From a virus (Duplodnaviria > Caudoviricetes), in the IMG/VR virus record IMGVR_UViG_3300043676_000014, positions 1 to 64,000 of that record: 64,000 nucleotides of DNA, one strand, 5' to 3'. The notes under the pieces were generated by a model. The model saw only the letters and a list, made by a program, of their open reading frames with translations. It did not search any database and was not told the DNA's origin. A program made the position numbers and the translations under genes. Below, piece by piece: positions 56,771 to 63,880 of this stretch (positions are counted from its first letter, which is position 1; every line of letters begins with the position of its first letter).

Positions 56771-57217
56771 ATGGCAAAAAGCTATCCCGAAACTATCCCC
56801 TCGCAATTCGCCGCAGAACATTTGACAGACGCTTATAAACGCGGCTGGAATCAAGGTCACGGCATTGCCTGCCATAACGTGCCGACACTAGGCGAAAAGG
56901 TTTGGAGCGATTCGCTTGGCAAGGTCACGATTGACGCTGAAAACATCCGCGAGGTTCACGCCGATAACTGCTACCGCGCCGAAGAGAATTCCCGCTCTTA
57001 TTCGCCTTTCGAGTTTACCGCCAGCGAATTTAACAAGGCCGATACGACCGATGGGGAATTCGATCCTGACAAGGAAGGATCGGCCGAAGAGTTATGGGAA
57101 GCCTTTGACGCTGGCATTCATGATGCAATCAGCGCCGATTTGTCGGAATATACCGATGAGGATTATGGGATCGAGGAAGAGGTAGACGAGTCCGATCCAG
57201 ACGAGTCCACGGTTTAG
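56771..57217 (+). CDS. Highly acidic hypothetical protein
   Basis: AGGAATC RBS; about 37 D/E vs 10 K/R by hand count. Confidence 0.75.
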   Translation: MAKSYPETIPSQFAAEHLTDAYKRGWNQGHGIACHNVPTLGEKVWSDSLGKVTIDAENIREVHADNCYRAEENSRSYSPFEFTASEFNKADTTDGEFDPDKEGSAEELWEAFDAGIHDAISADLSEYTDEDYGIEEEVDESDPDESTV

Positions 57218-57309
57218 ACGTTTCCGCCTTGCGCCGTTCATTCGGCGCAATGGGAAGCCTCTAGTTTCAATCGGCAATCGTGCCAAACATAACCAAGGGA
57301 ACTAACGCC

Positions 57310-57402
57310 ATGAAATATCGCAAACATAAATTTGAACGTAAGACCATACGTCGCGCGCAATCGCGCTATGGCAAGTATGCTTTCCTGAATTCTGCGCAGT
57401 AA
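57310..57402 (+). CDS. 30-aa basic peptide (not in ORF track)
   Basis: AAGGGA RBS; MKYRKHKFERKTIRR. Confidence 0.4.
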   Translation: MKYRKHKFERKTIRRAQSRYGKYAFLNSAQ

Positions 57403-57414
57403 GGAATCGCCACA

Positions 57415-57648
57415 GTGACCGAACGCTGTTTCGCTTGCGACCGAGTCATTAAGGATACCGGCGATTCCGCGAGGTCGCACCTTGTCGAATGTATCGACGA
57501 GCAAACCGCCTTTATCGGTCCCGAATGTTTCCGCAAGGTTAAGCGCGCGGGAGTCGATGGCTGGCAACCGCCAAAAGGCGGGCCACGTCTTTTCTGCTTA
57601 GGTCTTAAACCCGCGCAATTGTGCGCAAATCAGGAGTCAAGGCAATGA
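57415..57648 (+). CDS. Small zinc-finger-like protein
   Basis: CFAC...GPEC; AGGAATC RBS. Confidence 0.6.
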   Translation: MTERCFACDRVIKDTGDSARSHLVECIDEQTAFIGPECFRKVKRAGVDGWQPPKGGPRLFCLGLKPAQLCANQESRQ

Positions 57649-57739
57649 ACGGTTATTCCGCAAGGCTTAGAGTCTCTCGGATTAAGACGCGCCGCGTTCT
57701 GCGAAGATTGAACCGAGTCGCGATTATGGAGTCGCTCCG

Positions 57740-57964
57740 ATGAAACGAGTCTGCGATTGCCTGCCAAATGAGGCTTTGCAGGATTGGGATTGTGTAAGAT
57801 CCTATTGGGAAAACGAGGTTACTGTAGAGCACAAAGACAAATGGCCGGGACCGCAAAAATACGTTTCATACTGGATTGAGATAGGGAATGGACTCGCTAT
57901 TGGATGGAATGAGAATCCGTCAAGAGGCTGGTCTTTCCCGGTTATCAGAATGAAGGCAAGTTAA
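57740..57964 (+). CDS. Hypothetical protein
   Basis: GGAGTC RBS; GWNENPSRGWSFP. Confidence 0.65.
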   Translation: MKRVCDCLPNEALQDWDCVRSYWENEVTVEHKDKWPGPQKYVSYWIEIGNGLAIGWNENPSRGWSFPVIRMKAS

Positions 57965-58001
57965 CCCGCGCCATAGTGCGCAACGCAATGGAGTCGAGAC
58001 A

Positions 58002-58316
58002 ATGACGATATCCGAATCAACCGAAATGGAGCGCGCGGAATTATTGCGCGCTGGCGCGGTGGAAATATCCCGCGCCGAATGGCTGGCGCGCGTTGAGTCC
58101 TATGGATACCGCGTTAACCAGTCCGATTGCTTTTCCTATCTGAATTCGCACAACGCGCGGCCATACCATGCCCGCTGCGTCTCGAATTATGAAGATAGGG
58201 AAAGCGGACTCTCGTTTGCTCATTACCAGGGACGGCGCGATTCCCGTTTCAAGGAACTGCAGAAAATGCGTTTTGATTGTTTCGTGTTTTCGCGCGGCCG
58301 TATATTTGAGCTCTGA
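58002..58316 (+). CDS. Hypothetical protein
   Basis: GGAGTC RBS after motif B. Confidence 0.65.
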   Translation: MTISESTEMERAELLRAGAVEISRAEWLARVESYGYRVNQSDCFSYLNSHNARPYHARCVSNYEDRESGLSFAHYQGRRDSRFKELQKMRFDCFVFSRGRIFEL

Positions 58317-58329
58317 AAGGGATCAAGCC

Positions 58330-58530
58330 ATGACCACAATAGCCAAAATAACTAAGGCGTATGTCCGCACCTATTCCGACAATCAAACGACTCGCTCTTA
58401 TGTCGAATGGATCGATACCAAGGGAGTCGAGGGACGAACGGAAGGCGCGGTCCCCTTGGGAACGCATATGCTTGCCCTGTTTGAACGGGCAAAGCGTGAA
58501 GGCGTCACTCCTATTTATGAACAATGGTAG
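58330..58530 (+). CDS. Hypothetical protein
   Basis: AAGGGA RBS; start MTTIAKITK. Confidence 0.6.
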   Translation: MTTIAKITKAYVRTYSDNQTTRSYVEWIDTKGVEGRTEGAVPLGTHMLALFERAKREGVTPIYEQW

Positions 58531-58541
58531 GAGTCCGCGTC

Positions 58542-58754
58542 ATGAAAATGCAAGCTGATATCTCAAAGGTGGAACGCGGCGATATCGTCCGGTTCAAATC
58601 GTATGCCTTGCGAGTCGAGCAGGAACCAAAACGCGGCAACGGTTCCATTACCCTGACCGGGCGAATCAGCGTCGACGGTTCCCCGATTGTCACGAAGCAT
58701 TTTATGAATGGTCGCATGGTCCTAATCGAGAGGGAATCCGCGCCAAAAGCCTAA
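58542..58754 (+). CDS. Hypothetical protein
   Basis: AGGAGTC RBS; stop lies in TAACCCC. Confidence 0.65.
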   Translation: MKMQADISKVERGDIVRFKSYALRVEQEPKRGNGSITLTGRISVDGSPIVTKHFMNGRMVLIERESAPKA

Positions 58755-58856
58755 CCCCTGGGATACGGCTGATTCCAAGAGTCCCCGATACGGCTGATTC
58801 CAAAATGCTAAACCCTATTCCGCGCCATTGTGCGCAATTGAGAAGGAGTCGAAACG

Positions 58857-59309
58857 ATGCCTGAATTCATTCTTGACCACGGAACGGTCGAAACCGCGAA
58901 ACAATTCCGCGCCTTGGATTCCTTTACGCAAGGTTACATTGAGGCGATGTTTTTCACGTCTGAGGGCGTCGACAATGATTACGAACCTGGCCACGAAAAC
59001 GACCTAGCTAATATCAGCGTTGCGGACCTTGCGCCTAGCGCGCTGCAGATCATCATTGAAAACTGCGAAGCATTCCAGCGCGACAATGCGGCATTGCTAG
59101 AGCAAGCCTACGGCGTGACCGGGAAATATGAAAAGTTCCCCTATGACGAGTCGCGCGCTGGCAATGACTACTGGTACACGCGAAACGGGCATGGGACGGG
59201 CTTTTGGGATCGTGGCTTAGGCGATATCGGAGAAGCCTTGGCAAAGGCCGCGCGCTATTCGGAGCGTTCCCTATACCGCGGCGATGATGGAAAGCTGTAC
59301 CTAGCTTAA
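58857..59309 (+). CDS. Conserved-type phage early protein
   Basis: GYIEAMFF...AGNDYWYTRNGHGTGFWDR motif. Confidence 0.8.
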   Translation: MPEFILDHGTVETAKQFRALDSFTQGYIEAMFFTSEGVDNDYEPGHENDLANISVADLAPSALQIIIENCEAFQRDNAALLEQAYGVTGKYEKFPYDESRAGNDYWYTRNGHGTGFWDRGLGDIGEALAKAARYSERSLYRGDDGKLYLA

Positions 59310-59350
59310 CCCCTTCCCTACGGCTGATTCCAGAATGAAAGGAAAACAAA

Positions 59351-59506
59351 ATGCAAACGCAAGACCTAGTGAATCTTTTGAACAGCGCGGCCGCCGTCTT
59401 GGAATGCGGCAACGGAACCGTTAGCGCGGACGAATTGAGCCAACTTATCGAAGATCTGCTAATGGCGGCCGTCGAACTAGAGGGACCGCCGCCGAAAATG
59501 AACTAA
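59351..59506 (+). CDS. 51-aa acidic protein (not in ORF track)
   Basis: AAAGGA RBS; exactly spans two motif-A spacers. Confidence 0.65.
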   Translation: MQTQDLVNLLNSAAAVLECGNGTVSADELSQLIEDLLMAAVELEGPPPKMN

Positions 59507-59597
59507 CCCCTAGTCCCGGCTGATTCCAAAGGGAGTCCCGGTTACGGCTGATTTTGAGTTAGTGGCAATTGTGCCGAACAAGTTGAAAGGAATGAAC

Positions 59598-60035
59598 ATG
59601 CTGAAGAAACACGATTCAATCGAGACGCTGCAGCAAATTGGAATCTCTTACGCCGACGCGACCGAGTTGCGGCGCATATCAATGACCTTGCATCGCTGGC
59701 ATGAGCTCGAATGCGGCGGTGGGAACGACCACGCCTCTTGGACCATTGCGCGCGGTCGCAAGGTGAACGGCGTTTTTGAGTACGACGATAACGGAACGCC
59801 TTTCGAAGAACGCCACGTTCACTCCGAAAACAAGGCGCGCTATACCGCTATTCCCGATCGGGAGCGCGGCGCGTTGAAACGCCTTGCGGATATCATGGTG
59901 CGGTATCCGACTCTCTCTTCCTATGTTCAAGGAGATCCGCGCGGCGCGTCCCTGTATATCTTGCGACCTGGGGACGTGCCGGAAGGTTCAAGCGTCGACT
60001 CCTGCTATTCGCGCGGGATTGCCGTTTATAAGTAA
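59598..60035 (+). CDS. Conserved-type phage early protein
   Basis: LHRWHELECG...QGDPRGASLY; start placed after AAAGGA. Confidence 0.75.
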   Translation: MLKKHDSIETLQQIGISYADATELRRISMTLHRWHELECGGGNDHASWTIARGRKVNGVFEYDDNGTPFEERHVHSENKARYTAIPDRERGALKRLADIMVRYPTLSSYVQGDPRGASLYILRPGDVPEGSSVDSCYSRGIAVYK

Positions 60036-60107
60036 CCCCTCTTTACGGCTGATTTTGCTACCCCTGATTACGGCTGATTTTGGCCAAACGAAAAAGGAGT
60101 CTAGACC

Positions 60108-60329
60108 ATGAAAACAGCGCGCGAAATTCAAATGAAATTTGGCGAAGGCCGCCCGGCAATGGGCGGTTCAGTTCATGACATTACTATCCCAGCCGGAACG
60201 CGAGTCGTTCCTACCGACGACGCGCAATTCTTTGTTGATGATCTGAGATTTTTGGATCGGAACAGCATGGCTTACCATGACGCCTATCATTACGGCATTC
60301 GCCTGAATTGGGAGGACGTAACCGACTAA
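60108..60329 (+). CDS. Hypothetical protein
   Basis: AAGGAGTC RBS; HDAYHYGI. Confidence 0.7.
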   Translation: MKTAREIQMKFGEGRPAMGGSVHDITIPAGTRVVPTDDAQFFVDDLRFLDRNSMAYHDAYHYGIRLNWEDVTD

Positions 60330-60389
60330 CCCCTGGTTACGCCTTACCCTGACTTACGGCTGATTTTGAAATACGAAAGGAGTCGCAAA

Positions 60390-60719
60390 ATGATAAGTGA
60401 TAAATCAATGCGCAATGTGCTTCACGCCGCTGGTGTGGTGCGTACCGCCAAGGCGCGCGGGAAGAAGCCGAAGAACGCCGACCGCAGATTGCCGCCCGAT
60501 CCCGAGGAAATGAACGACGACCGCGCGGCATGGGCGGGCGAGTGCATCAGCCTCATGTCAGAGATTACCGGCTGTGAAGATGGGCAAGAGGCGGCGGGCG
60601 ATTTGCTGGCAAACTATTTCCATTGGTGCGACCGCAACGGCTTGGACATGGAAATGATGATAGAGCGCGCCCGCGCGTGTTACCGCGACGAAACTATGGC
60701 GTTTCCAGACGCGGGCTAA
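60390..60719 (+). CDS. Hypothetical protein
   Basis: AAGGAGTC RBS; NDDRAAWA...GDLLAN..HWCDR. Confidence 0.7.
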   Translation: MISDKSMRNVLHAAGVVRTAKARGKKPKNADRRLPPDPEEMNDDRAAWAGECISLMSEITGCEDGQEAAGDLLANYFHWCDRNGLDMEMMIERARACYRDETMAFPDAG

Positions 60720-60762
60720 CCCCAGGATACGACTGATTCTAAAACAACGAAAGGAGTCTGAA

Positions 60763-61047
60763 ATGTCGAATAAATACTATTACTTTCAACTCTGCACAAA
60801 CGATATAGCGGCAATTGAAGCCGCAGGCTTGGGTGAGCTCGCCGCGAAGATGCGCGCCGACGCCGCCGAAATTGATAGCGAGGAAGCGAGCGACTGCCGC
60901 GAGAACGCGAGCGACAATGAGGGATTCACGCCGGAATGGTCCGGCCCGGTCGCGTTCTGCGATGACGGCAAAGCCTGGGTTATGACTTGGGAATTAGTCG
61001 ATGATCCAAATGCGGAAGTCGAGGAAGAGGAGGAGGCTACAGCCTAA
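60763..61047 (+). CDS. Highly acidic hypothetical protein
   Basis: AAGGAGTC RBS; about 24 D/E vs 5 K/R. Confidence 0.7.
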   Translation: MSNKYYYFQLCTNDIAAIEAAGLGELAAKMRADAAEIDSEEASDCRENASDNEGFTPEWSGPVAFCDDGKAWVMTWELVDDPNAEVEEEEEATA

Positions 61048-61091
61048 CCCCTGCTTACGTCTGATTTGAAACAAGGAAAGGAGTCGAGATC

Positions 61092-61304
61092 ATGGAAACG
61101 ATCTTTAAGTATTGGGGAATGTGCGAGTCGCGCGGCGAAAAGCCTAAGCCGGTTTTTGCCGTCATTGAACGCTGGTTTGATACGGCCAACACAAAGGACA
61201 AGATTAAGCATTGGTCCCTTTCGCGGCGTGAGATGGCGAAGTGGGTTGGCTCGCTTGTCTCTCCGAATCTGTACGTCATCGTTAAAATCGAGCGCGTTAC
61301 CTAA
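61092..61304 (+). CDS. Hypothetical protein
   Basis: AAGGAGTC RBS; stop in TAACCCC. Confidence 0.65.
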   Translation: METIFKYWGMCESRGEKPKPVFAVIERWFDTANTKDKIKHWSLSRREMAKWVGSLVSPNLYVIVKIERVT

Positions 61305-61364
61305 CCCCTGCCACCGTCTAATTTTCATCCCTCGCAATTGTGCGGAAATAGAAGGAGTCCGAAT

Positions 61365-61643
61365 ATGGCTAAGTTGATTTTGACGGCATACCCTGCCCAG
61401 GTTTCCGAAAACGGAGGCTTTGGAGTCGTGTTCGATCTAACCGGAGCTCCGCCGCCGCTTCCGGCTAAGGTTGTCGAAATCAAGCGCGCGGCCGAGGCTA
61501 CCGTGGCGCTTGAAGCCTACAAGGCGGAGGCCGCGCAAACCGGCAAGCCTATCGCTATTTCAATGCGGATTGCCGATGGCGACCGTTCGCCAAATGGCTT
61601 CAAGGCGCTGCAACGTCCCTATTATCATAAGGTGAACGCCTAG
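61365..61643 (+). CDS. Hypothetical protein
   Basis: AAGGAGTC RBS; start MAKLILTAY. Confidence 0.65.
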   Translation: MAKLILTAYPAQVSENGGFGVVFDLTGAPPPLPAKVVEIKRAAEATVALEAYKAEAAQTGKPIAISMRIADGDRSPNGFKALQRPYYHKVNA

Positions 61644-61738
61644 CACCTACTCCCCGGTTGCGCCTTCATGTGCGCTACCCTGACCTACGACTGATTCCAA
61701 AAGGCGCAATGGTGCGCAAACTATAGAGGAGTCCAATT

Positions 61739-62071
61739 ATGACCTTTACACCTGATACCGAAGAAACGCCGGTTGTGTTTCGCGCCGAACGCTCTGGCAA
61801 GTTCAAGGGCGATGTTACCGCCGTGTTTCCCTGCGATCCTGCAGACAGCAACGGCTATGAAATGACTTGTTACGCGCATATAGGCCAGCATTCCGGCTGC
61901 AGCCTAGGCTGGTATCACACCACGCGCGCCGCCAAGCCGGAAGAGTATGCGGACCTGAAAAAGGAACTGGAATCCGCGCCTTACGGCTACCGGCTCAAAG
62001 TCTATTCGCGGATCCAACCCTGGATGCGAGAGGCGCGGAGCAAGACCGCGAGGAAACTGGAAAAGGCTTAA
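61739..62071 (+). CDS. Conserved-type phage early protein
   Basis: VVFR...VTAVFP...CYAHIGQHS...A.PEEY.DLK.ELE..GY.L. Confidence 0.78.
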   Translation: MTFTPDTEETPVVFRAERSGKFKGDVTAVFPCDPADSNGYEMTCYAHIGQHSGCSLGWYHTTRAAKPEEYADLKKELESAPYGYRLKVYSRIQPWMREARSKTARKLEKA

Positions 62072-62178
62072 TCCCCCGGTTGCGCCTTCACGCCTAATTC
62101 TGGCGATGGCGTTACCCCTGGGTTACGACTGATTTTGTTTTAACGGCGCAATGGTGCGCAAACACAAGGAGTCTGAAC

Positions 62179-62349
62179 ATGAAAACATCAAAGGAACGGT
62201 GGCCGGAACTGTACGATGTCGCACTTCGTATTGCCAACGAGACCTGTTATCAAATTAACATGCAGGGCGCACAAGTCAAAAGCGAGATGCCGTACAAATC
62301 TCAATGCATCTTGGAGAGTGTCATAAAGATTCTGGAGCAGCGCGTTTAA
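62179..62349 (+). CDS. 56-aa hypothetical protein (not in ORF track)
   Basis: AAGGAGTC RBS; MKTSKERWPELYD...MPYKSQCILE. Confidence 0.65.
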   Translation: MKTSKERWPELYDVALRIANETCYQINMQGAQVKSEMPYKSQCILESVIKILEQRV

Positions 62350-62398
62350 CATTCAACTGGCGCAATGGTGCGCAACTTAACTAGAGGAGATTCAACTT

Positions 62399-62815
62399 AT
62401 GGGCTGTGACATTCACATGGTTTTGGAAAAGCGCATCAACGGGAAATGGGTAACGACTCAGACCTTTGACGCAATCGAAAGCTGGAACGGATTTGCCTCG
62501 CCTATCGCGCGCAACCGTAACTATGAGCGCTTCGCTAGGCTCGCTGGCGTTCGAGGTGACGGCCCCGAGCCGCGCGGCATACCGGATGATCTTAGCGAAA
62601 CCGGACGCTATCATGTGGACGTATGGAGCGGTGACGGCCATAGCCACTCATGGTTGCCGCTAAAGGATGCCGTCAAGGTCTTTGCCGAAACCGAGCATAA
62701 GAAGCATGAGCCGAACAGCACGGCCACAGAGTATCCGACAGACTACTATTTTGGCGTTTCTGACGACGACTCGGAAATGGACGATTATCGAGTCGTCTTT
62801 TGGTTCGATAACTGA
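62399..62815 (+). CDS. Conserved-type phage protein (MGCDIH family)
   Basis: MGCDIH...RNY..FA.LAGVR...HSHSWL...RVVFWFDN. Confidence 0.8.
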   Translation: MGCDIHMVLEKRINGKWVTTQTFDAIESWNGFASPIARNRNYERFARLAGVRGDGPEPRGIPDDLSETGRYHVDVWSGDGHSHSWLPLKDAVKVFAETEHKKHEPNSTATEYPTDYYFGVSDDDSEMDDYRVVFWFDN

Positions 62816-62885
62816 TCCTCACCCGAGGGGCGGCGCGTTGTCGCCCCTCTCTTACGGCTGATTTTAAATTAGAAGGAGTCCGGCA

Positions 62886-63083
62886 ATGTCATATGAAAGC
62901 ACTTTGACGCGAGACGCTAACGGCTACTGCAAGCTATTCGGCCTTGAGTATCGGATATGGCCCGGCCGCAAATGGCGGCGCTGTTCCCTTACCATGCACG
63001 ATCGATACGCGATCGAACAGCAAGCGGAGCTTCTAGCCGCACAGGACAAGTGGAGCGGTTGGCGCGTTATCGAAGTAGCCTAA
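62886..63083 (+). CDS. Hypothetical protein
   Basis: AAGGAGTC RBS. Confidence 0.6.
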   Translation: MSYESTLTRDANGYCKLFGLEYRIWPGRKWRRCSLTMHDRYAIEQQAELLAAQDKWSGWRVIEVA

Positions 63084-63133
63084 CCCTCACCTACGGCTGA
63101 TTCCAAATTCACACGAACATAGGAGATTCACAA

Positions 63134-63424
63134 ATGGCTAACTACAAAACAGGCGCGGAACGGCGCAACGATAGAATGCACAAAATCTTCGAGACGGCAT
63201 ACGAGCTCGCCGCGCACAACGCGGGATGGTCGCCAACCGGAACGCACGGGAAGTGGGTTTGCGCTGGCGATAAGCATTTCGCCAAAGGCAGCTACATGCC
63301 TACGGATCGCGCCTGCCGGTACATCTGCGAAGATCACAATTTGCTCGGTTTGCGTTCGCATGACAGTTCCGATGCCGCTCCAAGCGACCCGGCCCCTCAT
63401 ATGCCGATTGGATTGATCGACTAA
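63134..63424 (+). CDS. Hypothetical protein
   Basis: AGGAG RBS; bounded by motif A. Confidence 0.65.
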   Translation: MANYKTGAERRNDRMHKIFETAYELAAHNAGWSPTGTHGKWVCAGDKHFAKGSYMPTDRACRYICEDHNLLGLRSHDSSDAAPSDPAPHMPIGLID

Positions 63425-63470
63425 CCCTCACTCCCGGCTGATTTCAAACACTCATAGAGGAGATAGAAAA

Positions 63471-63812
63471 ATGACGAATCTACTTGCGACGGCGCGGATG
63501 ATCTTCAACACGAAAGCAACGGAATGGGCTCACGGTTGGGAAACAGCCCGCGTGCGGGCTACCCGATACCAAAATCCACATCTAGGATTTAACGTCGGAT
63601 TCTCCTTTCCGAAGAATCCGCATGATTGCGACCGGGCCGACATGATGGACTGGCTCCGGGAGAATGGCGTTCACGTCTATAGTTGCGGTGGCTACCCTGG
63701 TGCGGAAGTTATGGCTTTGGTTGACGGCGTTAAAAGCAAAGAAGCCGCGAACGAGTGGTTGCCAACCTTCCTCCCAAGGCTCGATGCTTGGGTAAAGGAT
63801 AATTTGCACTGA
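63471..63812 (+). CDS. Hypothetical protein
   Basis: GAGGAG RBS; bounded by motif A. Confidence 0.65.
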   Translation: MTNLLATARMIFNTKATEWAHGWETARVRATRYQNPHLGFNVGFSFPKNPHDCDRADMMDWLRENGVHVYSCGGYPGAEVMALVDGVKSKEAANEWLPTFLPRLDAWVKDNLH

Positions 63813-63880
63813 GGCAAACCCCCGCTTACGACTGATTTCAACCGCGCCAATGTGCGCAACGAAACAAAGGAGATAGAATT

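Larger units (their letters stand above)
58752..63837 (+). repeat. Dispersed intergenic repeat (motif A) TAACCCC-N(4-8)-TACG(G/A)CTGATT(C/T)(C/T)
   Basis: Core copies at 58764, 58789, 59319, 59515, 59543, 60044, 60069, 60355, 60728, 61056, 61313 (degenerate), 61686, 62124, 62853, 63092, 63433 and 63827. Confidence 0.92.
56734..63859 (+). repeat. Dispersed intergenic palindrome (motif B) GCGCA-N4-TGCGC and variants
   Basis: Copies near 56734, 57273, 57613, 57968, 58822, 59564, 61333, 61704, 62146, 62360 and 63844, each just upstream of an RBS. Confidence 0.85.

Noticed and set aside
58748-63430. Classical integron attC sites (several junctions read GCCTAAC/GCTTAAC, matching RYYYAAC)
   Set aside because: No matching GTTRRRY end or long imperfect palindrome; the integrase is phage-type without an evident IntI insertion.
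58752-63837. CRISPR array interpretation of the repeats
   Set aside because: Repeats are short and degenerate, the intervening sequences are 150-500 bp ORFs, and no cas genes are present.
56734-63859. Motif B as a sigma54 promoter
   Set aside because: GG-to-GC spacing is 9 or 11 nt rather than the required 10, and many copies lack the GG.
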